NCBI GenBank assembly: GCA_043804895.1
Contig: JAZDIN010000026.1
Span: forward strand, 1 to 32,288
From: Candidatus Altiarchaeota archaeon
Lineage (GTDB): Archaea > Altiarchaeota > Altiarchaeia > IMC4 > SCGC-AAA252-I15
Length of the DNA: 32,288 bases
Reading direction: 5' to 3'
Shown: in pieces, positions 15,918-25,210 of the stretch
How the letters are laid out: each line of letters begins with the position of its first letter
Numbering within the stretch: the stretch's first letter is position 1
Notes under the pieces: model-generated
Told to the model about the DNA's origin: nothing
Databases searched by the model: none
The model's input: the letters and a program-made list of their open reading frames with translations, nothing else
Made by a program: the position numbers and the translations under genes

Positions 15918-16519
15918 TATCTGATGTGCGTGTATTCTGGTTGTGATGGGGCTTTTTTGTATTGTAGGCCGAGTATTAGGCCTGCGATTAGGCCTCCTAG
16001 GTGGGCTGTGACTGCTTCTGTGCCCATGGCCGGTATGGCGAATATGCTGTATAGGATGTAGAATCCTGCGAACACCCACAGGGGCATGGGGAATATGAGG
16101 CTGAAGTAGATTGTCATGTTAGGCCGCAGGATTACTAGGGCTCCCATGGCCGCGAATATGGCCCCTGATGCTCCGACCGCTGGGGTCCTCGGGTCTGGGA
16201 GGCCGAAGGCGAGGGACATGAAGATGTAGAATAGGGCTGCTGCGACGCCTCCGATAAAATAGACTTTGGTGAACTCCCGTTCCCCGATTATCCTCTCCAG
16301 GTATGTGCCGAACATAAAGAGGCCGAAGAACATGTTGAAGAATATGTGCATGAAGTCCGCGTGGATGAACATGTTTGTGATTAGGGTCCAAGGCATCTGA
16401 GCCACGTATGCTGGAGTGAGAGCGAGGTAATTGAAGGTGAACTCGGATGCTGCGAGCCTGACGATGAACATGAAGGCGTTGATGATTATCAGGTACTCTA
16501 TTACTTTTGCTTTAGCCAT
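15911..16519 (-). CDS. Rhomboid family intramembrane serine protease
   Basis: HADFMHIFFNM, catalytic GASGAIF serine and AHLGG histidine. Confidence 0.95.
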   Translation of the reverse strand: MAKAKVIEYLIIINAFMFIVRLAASEFTFNYLALTPAYVAQMPWTLITNMFIHADFMHIFFNMFFGLFMFGTYLERIIGEREFTKVYFIGGVAAALFYIFMSLAFGLPDPRTPAVGASGAIFAAMGALVILRPNMTIYFSLIFPMPLWVFAGFYILYSIFAIPAMGTEAVTAHLGGLIAGLILGLQYKKAPSQPEYTHIRYY

Positions 16520-16528
16520 GTTAGAATC

Positions 16529-17683
16529 TCAGCTGTACCCTGCGTTTATGTCAACGTATTTGGGTGTCATGTCGCAGCCCCAGCCGACCGCCGACATTTC
16601 TCCGTCGTGGAGGTCCACGACTACTTTGATGTTACGTTGAGTTAGGATTTTCCTCGCATGGTCGAGGCTCATCGGCTTCCCGAAGGAGAGGAGTTTAGCG
16701 TAGTCTCTTCCAGAGTGGAATGTTATGTCCACCTTAGACTCATCGACTTTAAGTACTGAGCCTAGGGATGAGACTATCCTACCCCAGTTCGGGTTTTCGC
16801 CGTAGAATGCGGTCTTCACGAGGGGGGAGTTGATTATTGATTTTACGCCGCATCTGGCCTCCTTGACTGACTTGGCTCCTTTGACTTCCACCTCCAGGAA
16901 CTTGCTCGCGCCTTCGCCGTCGCGGGCTATCATCTTCGCAAGCTCGACTGATACGTGCGCAAGGAGCGCCCTGAAGTCGTCGGCCCTGCACTTCTTGACT
17001 CTATTTGATAGGACTATCACGGTGTCGTTGGTGCTCATGTCCCCGTCGACTGAGAGCATGTTGAAGCTGTCCTCAGCCGCTTCGTTGAGTGCCGCCTGCA
17101 TCCGCCCCTTAGGGAGTCTGGCATTGGTTGTGATGTAGCAGAGCATCGTGGCCATGTTCGGCGCAATCATTCCCGCACCCTTGCAGATTCCACCCACCTT
17201 TATGCCCGCATACTCGGCAGAGTACATCTTGATTTTCGTGTCAGTGGTCATGATAGCCTTCGCAGCCTGGATACTCCCCTTCGGGCCTGAAGATAGGTTG
17301 CCTGCAACCTCATGTATCAACTCCACCACGGTCGAGATATCCATCGGCCTCCCGATTATGCCTGTTGATGATACCGCGACGTTTTTGGCGTTGACCCTGA
17401 GGGAGTTGGCTGTCTCCTGCGCCATCTTCCTTGCGTCGCTCATCCCAGTTGGTACGCAGCAGTTCGCATTCCCTGAGTTTGCCACAACCACCTGGATCCC
17501 ATTCTTGAGCACGCCCTTAGTGTACTTGAGAGGCGCAGCCTTCACGCTGTTTCTCGTGAACACGGCTGCGACGTCGCAGATTTCGTCTGCAACAATCAAG
17601 GCGACGCCGTACTTGCCCCTCTTAGCACCTCCGGCTCTGAAACCTGGGAGGCACACACCGTATCTTGTCTGCCGGAATTCCAT
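16529..17683 (-). CDS. argJ: Ornithine acetyltransferase / N-acetylglutamate synthase ArgJ
   Basis: NSGNAN, IMTTDT, KGAGMIAPNMATML (autoproteolysis site), DGDMSTNDT, DGEGA and NPNWGR motifs. Confidence 0.97.
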   Translation of the reverse strand: MEFRQTRYGVCLPGFRAGGAKRGKYGVALIVADEICDVAAVFTRNSVKAAPLKYTKGVLKNGIQVVVANSGNANCCVPTGMSDARKMAQETANSLRVNAKNVAVSSTGIIGRPMDISTVVELIHEVAGNLSSGPKGSIQAAKAIMTTDTKIKMYSAEYAGIKVGGICKGAGMIAPNMATMLCYITTNARLPKGRMQAALNEAAEDSFNMLSVDGDMSTNDTVIVLSNRVKKCRADDFRALLAHVSVELAKMIARDGEGASKFLEVEVKGAKSVKEARCGVKSIINSPLVKTAFYGENPNWGRIVSSLGSVLKVDESKVDITFHSGRDYAKLLSFGKPMSLDHARKILTQRNIKVVVDLHDGEMSAVGWGCDMTPKYVDINAGYS

Positions 17684-17729
17684 AGTGTATTATTAACCTT
17701 GGTTGTTGAAAAATATTAATCCATTGAAA

Positions 17730-19091
17730 ATGAAGGAAAAATGCGCCGTTTTCGGCATTAAAGCCACGTCAGACGTGTTTGAGAGCATATACTACGCCCT
17801 CTACTGCATGCAGCACCGCGGCCAGGAGTCGGCTGGGATAGCGGTCTCCAACGACCAAATTAGGGTCCATAAGGGGATGGGTTTGGTCACTGAGGTGTTC
17901 AGGAACGCCTACCTTTCAGGAAGCTCGGGCATAGGCCACGTCAGGTATTCTACGACAGGAGGGTCGAAGTTGGAGAACGCGCAGCCGTTCATAATAAATT
18001 ACCTGAAGGGTTCGTTCGCGATAGCGCACAACGGCAACATAGTCAACCAGGCTGAGCTGAAGAGGGCTCTCGAGGCCTCAGGCAGCACGTTCATGACGAC
18101 CTCTGACACTGAGCTCATAGCGAAACTGATAGTGTGCGAGCACATGAAGACGAAGGACTTCATAGCAGCCATACAGTCTGCGATGAAACAGCTTGTCGGC
18201 TCATACTCGCTGGCGATACTCTACAAGAACATGGTCATCGGAGTCCGCGACCCATCTGGAGTTAGGCCCCTTTGCATCGGACGAAAAGGCAGAACATTTT
18301 ATCTGGCCTCTGAAAGCTGCGCATTGGACGTGTTGGGCGCGGAACTCTTGAGGGACGTGAAGCCTTCCGAGATAGTCGTCCTAGGGGACCGCATGAAATC
18401 ATACACCGGGCCGAAAGGCAGGATATGCCATTGCATGTTCGAGTACGTGTACTTCGCGAGGCCGGATTCCGTTGTGGACGGGAAGTCGGTTTACGAGGTT
18501 AGGAAGAACCTCGGTAAGAACCTCGCCTTACATTCCCCGGTTAAGGCTGATGTGGTCTGCGCAGTACCTGACTCTGGAGTAACGCACGCGATAGGATACG
18601 CCCAGGGTTCTGGACTGCCGTACACCGAATGCTTCATGAAAAACCGCTACGTCGGAAGGACGTTCATACTCCCAGACCAGAAGCAACGGGATGTCAGCGT
18701 TAAGGTGAAGCTTAACCCGATAAAATCTGAGGTGGTGGGTAAGAGGATAGTGTTGGTTGACGACTCCATAGTCAGGGGGACGACACTCAAGAGGATTGTC
18801 GCATCGCTGAAGTCAGCCGGCGCGAAGCAAATCCACCTGAGGATAGCCTCGCCGCCCTTGAAGTACCCATGCAAGTACGGCATAGACATGCAAACAAGCA
18901 AGGAATTCATAGCAACAGAAAGGAGCGTGGAGGAGATACGCAAGGTTTTAGGAGCTGACACGCTCGCATACCAGACCATCGAAGGCCTCGTGAAATCGAT
19001 AAGCCATCCGAAGGAGAGACTGTGTATGGCCTGCCTGAGCGGGGAGTACCCTCTTGAGGATAAGCAGACTAAGCTGAAGCCAGATGAATAA
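17730..19091 (+). CDS. purF: Amidophosphoribosyltransferase
   Basis: MKEK/C propeptide with N-terminal Cys, QHRGQESAG, GHVRYST, FEYVYFARPDS, VLVDDSIVRGTT and Fe-S Cys ligands (CMAC). Start moved to ATG 17730. Confidence 0.97.
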   Translation: MKEKCAVFGIKATSDVFESIYYALYCMQHRGQESAGIAVSNDQIRVHKGMGLVTEVFRNAYLSGSSGIGHVRYSTTGGSKLENAQPFIINYLKGSFAIAHNGNIVNQAELKRALEASGSTFMTTSDTELIAKLIVCEHMKTKDFIAAIQSAMKQLVGSYSLAILYKNMVIGVRDPSGVRPLCIGRKGRTFYLASESCALDVLGAELLRDVKPSEIVVLGDRMKSYTGPKGRICHCMFEYVYFARPDSVVDGKSVYEVRKNLGKNLALHSPVKADVVCAVPDSGVTHAIGYAQGSGLPYTECFMKNRYVGRTFILPDQKQRDVSVKVKLNPIKSEVVGKRIVLVDDSIVRGTTLKRIVASLKSAGAKQIHLRIASPPLKYPCKYGIDMQTSKEFIATERSVEEIRKVLGADTLAYQTIEGLVKSISHPKERLCMACLSGEYPLEDKQTKLKPDE

Positions 19092-20103
19092 TCACATAAT
19101 AGTAGGAGTCGACCCGGGCACCACAACAAGCGTTGCAGCGCTCGACATGTCAGGGAAGTTGGTCGGAATCAAAAGCGCAAAGGATATGGGGGCTGCGGCG
19201 GTCGTCAGTTTCATCGTCTCTTTCGGAAAACCTTCTTTGATTGCATCGGATGTGAATCCAGCCCCGAACTTCGTGTCAGAGATTGCTACAAAATTCGGAG
19301 TAACCCTGTTCACGCCTGAGAAGACACTTTCAGTCAACGAGAAGCTGGAGCTCACAAGGGATTATGGGACAGGAGACGCGCACCAGAGGGACGCCCTCGC
19401 AGCGGCATTATACGCCTTCAACCAGTACGGGAACAAACTCAGGAAGATTGACGCCCTAGGCTTGGACGAGAGGGTGAAGCACTTCGTCCTACAAGGCAAC
19501 TCCATAAGCGCTGCAGCATCGGCGCTAAAGGAGAGTGTGGAGGAGCCTGAACCGCCGATGGAAGAGACTGTGACAAAGCCGCTCTCTGAGGAAGAGAGGA
19601 GAATCCGGAACCTGGAAAAGAGGGTCCGGGCCCTCCAGGAGGTCATCGAAGAGAAGGACTGGAGGATACGGGAGCTCACTGAGGAGATTGCGAGGGAAAG
19701 GAGAGTCAAACACACTAAAGCCGAGGTGGACCGCACAGCAGAGAAGAGGATACAGACACTACAGGCTCAGTTGAAGGAGCTTAAGAAGACTGAAACCCTG
19801 CTTGACAGGGTACTGTCAGAGGAGATAATACCCGTCCCAGTATACCCGCGCACACGAAACTGCCTAACACTAGTTGAACAACACCCCCACAACATGAAAA
19901 GTATAAAAACGGCCTTCACATCCAAAAGCAAAATAAGAGAACACCTACTGGAACACAACATACAGGTGTTCGACTCGAAGGAACTGCAGGAACAGGGGGA
20001 AATACACTACATAACGACACAACGGCTGCGAGAACTCACGCAACCCCAACAAAAGAAACCGGATATAGAGAAGATAATCACAGAATACCGGAGGGGAAGA
20101 TGA
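19084..20103 (+). CDS. DUF460 family protein (RNase H-like N-terminal domain plus coiled coil)
   Basis: IVGVDPGTT...HQRDALAAA signature followed by a long coiled coil. Confidence 0.85.
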   Translation: MNNHIIVGVDPGTTTSVAALDMSGKLVGIKSAKDMGAAAVVSFIVSFGKPSLIASDVNPAPNFVSEIATKFGVTLFTPEKTLSVNEKLELTRDYGTGDAHQRDALAAALYAFNQYGNKLRKIDALGLDERVKHFVLQGNSISAAASALKESVEEPEPPMEETVTKPLSEEERRIRNLEKRVRALQEVIEEKDWRIRELTEEIARERRVKHTKAEVDRTAEKRIQTLQAQLKELKKTETLLDRVLSEEIIPVPVYPRTRNCLTLVEQHPHNMKSIKTAFTSKSKIREHLLEHNIQVFDSKELQEQGEIHYITTQRLRELTQPQQKKPDIEKIITEYRRGR

Positions 20104-20111
20104 CACCCGTC

Positions 20112-20807
20112 CTATCTCAGTCCTTTCGCCAGGTCTATTAGCGCCTTCTTCGGGTCGGCTGCTTTTGTTACTCCTGATGCGAGTAAGACTCCTTGTGTGC
20201 CGAGTCTTATAGCGTCGGCCACGTGCTGCCCTGTTTTGACTCCGGCTCCGGTGAGTATTCCGATTGTGGGGTTCACGGATTTGACGGCATCGACGACCGC
20301 GGTTATCAATTCCGGCCTTGTTGTGACTGACACGTCACCTCCTATGAGGTCCGGCGGCTCAGCTGCTATGTAATCGGGGCCGAGTGCTGCTATTGCTTTC
20401 GTCTCTGTTATGGTGTCTTGGTTGGTTTTCATCCCAGAGCAGACGATGGTTGTGAGGCCGACTTGGCGGGCCCGCTCGATGCGCGCCTTAATCTCTTCTA
20501 TGTTGAGCTTGCGTTCTGAGTGGTTTATGAGTGTTCCACTAACCCCGGCAGCGAGGACTGCTTCAGGGAGTATCCAACCCGTAGCGCTTCCGTATTTCAC
20601 CGGGTCTATGTGCTGTGCGAATACTGGTATCTTCACGCCTGATGATATCTGCCTTATGTCAGTGGCCTGTACTGCGACTGCGATGTTCGCCTTCATGTCT
20701 TTGGCGACTTCGTCGCACACCTTCGCAAGATTAAGCGCGCGCGAGCCTGTCGCCTCCTCATATGTCTTGAAGTTCACCACTATGCTCTTTCTCAATTCTG
20801 TTTTCAT
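20112..20807 (-). CDS. tpiA: Triosephosphate isomerase (archaeal short type)
   Basis: VNFKTY, LINHSE, AEPPDLIG, GAGV and GVLLASGVTKA motifs. Confidence 0.96.
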   Translation of the reverse strand: MKTELRKSIVVNFKTYEEATGSRALNLAKVCDEVAKDMKANIAVAVQATDIRQISSGVKIPVFAQHIDPVKYGSATGWILPEAVLAAGVSGTLINHSERKLNIEEIKARIERARQVGLTTIVCSGMKTNQDTITETKAIAALGPDYIAAEPPDLIGGDVSVTTRPELITAVVDAVKSVNPTIGILTGAGVKTGQHVADAIRLGTQGVLLASGVTKAADPKKALIDLAKGLR

Positions 20808-21712
20808 TAACTTCCTGCCTCCTTTTTGGCCTGCAAGAGCGCGGCTGATACGTTGATTCCGTACGAGGTGATGTGGCCTGCGCTGTCTGAGTAATTAAGT
20901 TGGAGCATCCTATTAAAAGCCTTCTCAGCATCCCCTTGGCTTATGCAGCAGTACCCTGCCAGGCCACTGGAGGGGACGCCGTTGTATATGGCGACGAGGA
21001 CCTTGGACTCTACTTCGTTCAGTTTCTTGTACTCATCGCGCATCAGCCTTAGCGCGTTGAGGAATTCCTTGCTGAGCTCGTCCTTAGCGAGTACGACTAT
21101 GCAGGACATACCGTATTCCCTGTTGTGGTAGTCTATAATCCGTACTATACCCCTTGCTGTGTCCATCCCGTATCCGACATATACTTCCCTGCCGACTGTC
21201 GTGACATCGTGGAGTGGTATGTTCCTGAGTTCCTCGCCTTTGGGGACGATGAGCCGCTGGTTCGTCAGGAGTATCGGGTCCTTCAGCCACGTCCTCTTGC
21301 GGAAGTCCAGGAAGCTGGTGGCGTCAACTCCGAAGACTGTGTTCATCACAATGTACTCAACCACGTACTTGGATATCGGAACCTCAATGCGTAGTTCGCG
21401 CACAGACACCCTGAAGTTCTGCAGCGCTTTGAGTATGACGAGCTTCAGTTGCGCCCAAAGAGCGTCGACGCCGTAGTGGACCTCGAACACGGATATGTAG
21501 TCGATTATCGCCTCGTACAGGGCTTCCCTGCTTCCCTCACTGGCTTCTGTGATTACGAGCAGGTTCCCTTCTAGCTTGTATTTGACGCCAGCGGAGCCGA
21601 GCTTCGTTAGCTTCTCGTTCAGCGCTTTCGTGGCAAGTTGGGCGTTCACCCTGAGGAGGTAGACGTTTATGCCGTTTATGAGCTTCTCGTATATGTTGGC
21701 TCCAGCGTCCAT
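20807..21712 (-). CDS. CheF-like protein (unrecognised N-terminal helical domain, PH-like domain, CheF-type C-terminal HTH), 301 aa
   Basis: ILLTNQRLIV...RNIPLHDVTTVGRE and LNEVESKVLVAIYNGV...DAEKAFNRMLQL resemble the archaeal CheF (DUF439) motifs as I recall them. Start moved to ATG 21712, 2 nt after the KaiC stop. Confidence 0.55.
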   Translation of the reverse strand: MDAGANIYEKLINGINVYLLRVNAQLATKALNEKLTKLGSAGVKYKLEGNLLVITEASEGSREALYEAIIDYISVFEVHYGVDALWAQLKLVILKALQNFRVSVRELRIEVPISKYVVEYIVMNTVFGVDATSFLDFRKRTWLKDPILLTNQRLIVPKGEELRNIPLHDVTTVGREVYVGYGMDTARGIVRIIDYHNREYGMSCIVVLAKDELSKEFLNALRLMRDEYKKLNEVESKVLVAIYNGVPSSGLAGYCCISQGDAEKAFNRMLQLNYSDSAGHITSYGINVSAALLQAKKEAGS

Positions 21713-21714
21713 AA

Positions 21715-22413
21715 TCACTCGACTTCGCCGAACATGCGGGCGTCTGGGTTTATCATCATGCCCTCTGAGGTTATCTTGAACGGGCACAGCCTGGTGCTGT
21801 GGTTGGTGTCGCGCATCTTGATTATCTCAAGCACCCTCAGCCTGTCGTTCTCCTTCGGCACGAGGTAAATGCTTATTACGCCGTCTGCCACGAACTCCTC
21901 CATGTCGTATTTGGCGTCAGCTCTCCTGCTCGTTGACGACTCCAGTGTGAGTAGGGTGGTGCAGTCGAGGTCGGAGAGGAACGTGAGCATCTCGTAGAGG
22001 TTGTTCCTGTACGCGTCCTCGCTCCTGAAGTACAGCTTTAAGAGGCTGAGGCTGTCGACGACGACGCGTTTCACATTATTGTCCCTCACGTAGCTTCCTA
22101 TGATGTCCTGTAGGCTGCTGAAGTCGTCCACACCTATCCTAGTCACTATTATGTTCTTCCCCAAGTGCTTGTCCCATTCCCATTTGCTGAACAACGCCTT
22201 CGCACCTTCGACTACGCGGTTCGCGCCCTGCTCCAAGGACACGAACAATCCCTTCTCGTTGTACTGTTCCGCACCCCGGTATAGGAACTCGTAAGCCAAC
22301 GTCGTCTTCCCGGTTCCCGGACCGCCTGATAAAATCACATGCCTTCTTCGCACAAGGCCTCCGCCCAAAAGCTGGTCGAGGCCTATTATGCCTGTTGGAA
22401 CGCGCTCTACCAT
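21715..22413 (-). CDS. Single-domain KaiC/RAD55-like RecA-superfamily ATPase
   Basis: RVPTGIIGLDQLLGGG, Walker A GGPGTGKT, VVVDS, MEEFVADG and IIKMR motifs; SD AGGTGA upstream. Confidence 0.92.
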   Translation of the reverse strand: MVERVPTGIIGLDQLLGGGLVRRRHVILSGGPGTGKTTLAYEFLYRGAEQYNEKGLFVSLEQGANRVVEGAKALFSKWEWDKHLGKNIIVTRIGVDDFSSLQDIIGSYVRDNNVKRVVVDSLSLLKLYFRSEDAYRNNLYEMLTFLSDLDCTTLLTLESSTSRRADAKYDMEEFVADGVISIYLVPKENDRLRVLEIIKMRDTNHSTRLCPFKITSEGMMINPDARMFGEVE

Positions 22414-22462
22414 AGTATCACCTTAGATGTTAGAGTATTCTTTTGGCGTATTAAATAGCAGT

Positions 22463-24106
22463 TCAGGCTAAGTTGCCTGATTCTATCGCGTAGAATTCTG
22501 GGATGACGAACAGCGTCTGCACACCCCACATGGGTTGCTTGTTTTTCATGACCTCCAACCCCATAAGCTTGAAGGCATGAATGCTCTTGAACTTTACATA
22601 TATGCTGTGGGTTCCGAGTGAGAGGCCATAGTATTCTTTCATCAGGGCTCTCTTCAGAAGCTCCTTCTGGTCTTCCAGTGGTAGGTTTTTGGCGTCTATC
22701 TCGTTGAAGTTCGCCAGGACGTACACGTTTTTTGTCTCATAGGTTTCAGGTGGCACCTTAGACTTGTTCAACCCTTCCTGGACTATGACCTCGGTTCCGG
22801 GCAGGTAGTATCTTACTATCGGCCCATAACTTCCATCTACAGAATCGGAGATTACGACTGCGCTTCCCTCCCCAGGCCTTATCTTTGATGGCAGGTCTCG
22901 CAGTGCGTTGTAGCCGTACTTCTGCGCCCCAAGCATGAGGAGGGAGTTGAGGAGGAGGAAGGCTAAGATAACTGCGGTGAAAAGTTGGGAGAGCCTCCCA
23001 TCCGTTATCGAACACACGACCTTTGCAGCAAGAAGCGCTGCTGGGAATGCGACCGGCAGGAGGTAGTAGCTGTGGTAGTTGTACACGAGGAAAAACGCGA
23101 GGAAAACAGCAAGATATGTGGTGGGGAGGAGGTCATGCTCTGAAAGCCTCTTAATAGGCGTTATGACGTAGAGGATGAGAAGCAACAAGATTGGGGGGGA
23201 TAATCCCCAAAGCAGTTCTGAGAAGTAGTAGTCCAACGCGTTTGTTAGGCTGCTGGCTTCATGGCCCCCCGCCACTACTTCAGCAACCTGGCCTAGTTGT
23301 CCCCTGTGCGTGAGGAGGCCCCAGACGATGAACGGTGATGTTATTATGGCTGCTATCAGTAGAGCGTGGATGTGTTGTCTGGTTGGCCATCGGATGTTTC
23401 TTGCCAATACAGTCTCGTAGATTGCGACAACAGGCATCATGAGTAGCGCAGTGGGTTTGAACCAAAAGCCGACACCCACGGTCACGGCAGCTAAATGCAG
23501 CATCCGCGCGTCCTTGGATTTCCTCCAGTCCAGGTAGGCTACCAGTGCTGCAAGCTGGAAGCATGCGACCACTATGTCAGTCTGTATGTTCCTGCCGACC
23601 ATCACATGCAGTGGAATCAGGCAGGCGAATGCTGCGGCAGTCAGCCCAACCTTCCTGTCGTAGATGCGGGAGCCGAGCGCATAAAGCAGGTAGAGGGAAA
23701 CGCATGAGAATGCTATGCTGACCATCCTACCGACGAACACTCCGGCGCCGAATAGGTGGAACGCCAGGGAGAGGAGATACGTGTAGGCGGGGGGGCTCAT
23801 AAACGAGAAACCGCCCCTTGATGGGTATTCCAGGGGATTCTTCAGAACGTCCTGCGCCTTCAGGGTGTATGTCGCCTCATTCCAACTGTGGTAGCCCCCG
23901 ATACCGTCTCCGGCATGGTAGGCTCTGGAAAGGAGGGTGAATGCTAGTACGGCTGCTAACATCAGCAGGTACTTACACTCTTCATCCAAGATAGAGCAGG
24001 AGACCCCACCTTTTAAGGTGGGGGGGAATGCTGTGGCAGCCTCCTGCTCTATCAGGATCATACCACAGCCTTTAGGCTGTGGTCGTTGATTTCGACGCCT
24101 TCTCAT
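22463..24106 (-). CDS. ArnT/PMT-type (GT83/GT39, GT-C fold) membrane glycosyltransferase; start uncertain (24106, 24061 or TTG 23989)
   Basis: WNEATY, PPAYTYLL, GRMVSIAFS...LYALGSRIY, QTD and WFKPTA motifs; many TM helices. Confidence 0.85.
   Translation of the reverse strand: MRRRRNQRPQPKGCGMILIEQEAATAFPPTLKGGVSCSILDEECKYLLMLAAVLAFTLLSRAYHAGDGIGGYHSWNEATYTLKAQDVLKNPLEYPSRGGFSFMSPPAYTYLLSLAFHLFGAGVFVGRMVSIAFSCVSLYLLYALGSRIYDRKVGLTAAAFACLIPLHVMVGRNIQTDIVVACFQLAALVAYLDWRKSKDARMLHLAAVTVGVGFWFKPTALLMMPVVAIYETVLARNIRWPTRQHIHALLIAAIITSPFIVWGLLTHRGQLGQVAEVVAGGHEASSLTNALDYYFSELLWGLSPPILLLLILYVITPIKRLSEHDLLPTTYLAVFLAFFLVYNYHSYYLLPVAFPAALLAAKVVCSITDGRLSQLFTAVILAFLLLNSLLMLGAQKYGYNALRDLPSKIRPGEGSAVVISDSVDGSYGPIVRYYLPGTEVIVQEGLNKSKVPPETYETKNVYVLANFNEIDAKNLPLEDQKELLKRALMKEYYGLSLGTHSIYVKFKSIHAFKLMGLEVMKNKQPMWGVQTLFVIPEFYAIESGNLA
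23990..24090 (-). mobile_element. Putative non-autonomous IS200/IS605-type mini-element (~100 bp)
   Basis: The minus strand begins ATCAACGACCACAGCCTAAAGGCTGTGGT (10-bp stem) and ends GCATTCCCCCCCACCTTAAAAGGTGGGGTCTCCTGCTCTATC (9-bp stem). There is also a perfect 13-bp inverted repeat at 23990-24002/24041-24053. No transposase. Confidence 0.55.
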
Positions 24107-25199
24107 ACACTCCCTCAACTATCTTCGCACTATTCGACCAGTCGTATTCTCCGATGAAATCAACTCCTCCTTTGACTCCGCCCTCCAGCGCAACCTTAAG
24201 CTTCGAGGCCAGCTCGGCGACATTCATCGGCGCATAGAGGAGGCCGCCTCGCCCACCCCGTGTAGCCTCCCTCACCGCAGGTATGTCTGATGCGACATAG
24301 GGCACACCCAATGCCATCGCCTCGATGACGCTTATCCCAAATCCTTCAACAACGCTTGGGAGGCAGAATGCGTGGGACGCCTTAAGTGTCCTGAGGACGT
24401 CTGCGTGTCTTTCAACGTAGCCCATGAAGTCCACGCAACCGCCAAGACCAAGGGAGGAAACCAGCGCCTCAAGATTGCTTCTCTCAGGGCCTGTGCCGAT
24501 GACTTTCACATTCAATTCCGGTATGTCCTCCCTCACAACCGCGGCTGCTTTGATGAGGTCTCCGACCCGTTTGTAGGAGACTAATCGGGCTATCACACAC
24601 ACGGTCGGGTTCTCAAACTTGGGGGAGCGCACCTTAGAGTATTCGTCGACGTCTATTCCATTTGCTGCCACGGTTATTCTGTCGGCCTTGATGCCGTATC
24701 TAACCAGGTTGTCTTTTGTGTAGTTGCTGACTGCTATGTAATGGCTCCAACCCCTTGAGAGAGTATAGCGCTCCAACGCTTCACCGAATACTCCCTTCAT
24801 GCCGAGGTTCCTAATCCACCGCCCAGCCCACACGTCATGGTATGTCACGACCCTCGCCTTACAACCGCTCCACCATGCGGCAGGATATCCGACTACGCTG
24901 CATCCGTCAACTACGTCGAACCCTTTACCTCCGATGACCTTCGCGGCGTTTCGCATGAACATGAAACGCTCAGCCAGCGAGGAAGCCTGGGAGTACCTGA
25001 CTTTCGGCGCAACGCGCACCACCCTCATACCTTCAAGGTCAGATTCGGGAGAGAAACCCTCCTCAGATATCGAGTAGACCGTTACATCATGCCTTTTTGC
25101 GAGGCTCCTCCCCAGAAAGTACGTCCTAGCCTCGACACCCCCACGCATCTCACGGCCGGGGCTTTCCGGAAAATACTCACATACCAGCGCAATCCTCAT
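24072..25199 (-). CDS. Glycosyltransferase family 4
   Basis: MRIALVCEYFP...GGVE, VVTYHD, NGID, ARLVSYKRV and EGFGISVIEAMALGVPYVASD motifs. Confidence 0.93.
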   Translation of the reverse strand: MRIALVCEYFPESPGREMRGGVEARTYFLGRSLAKRHDVTVYSISEEGFSPESDLEGMRVVRVAPKVRYSQASSLAERFMFMRNAAKVIGGKGFDVVDGCSVVGYPAAWWSGCKARVVTYHDVWAGRWIRNLGMKGVFGEALERYTLSRGWSHYIAVSNYTKDNLVRYGIKADRITVAANGIDVDEYSKVRSPKFENPTVCVIARLVSYKRVGDLIKAAAVVREDIPELNVKVIGTGPERSNLEALVSSLGLGGCVDFMGYVERHADVLRTLKASHAFCLPSVVEGFGISVIEAMALGVPYVASDIPAVREATRGGRGGLLYAPMNVAELASKLKVALEGGVKGGVDFIGEYDWSNSAKIVEGVYEKASKSTTTA

Positions 25200-25210
25200 C
25201 TTGTGTCTTG

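Noticed and set aside
17148-17696. Long antisense ORFs opposite argJ, purF, tpiA, tadB and others
   Set aside because: They are mirror frames of well-supported genes with no recognisable motifs.
21713-21787. Longer starts in the ORF track (21787, 26359, 26181, 13374, 3924, 17703)
   Set aside because: These extensions overlap neighbouring genes or promoters. Downstream ATGs fit family N-termini and TATA/SD spacing better.
24004-24083. Hairpins as simple intrinsic terminators
   Set aside because: There is no U-tract, they lie inside overlapping co-oriented genes, and the nested inverted repeats with frame-neutral length fit an inserted element better. Not fully excluded.
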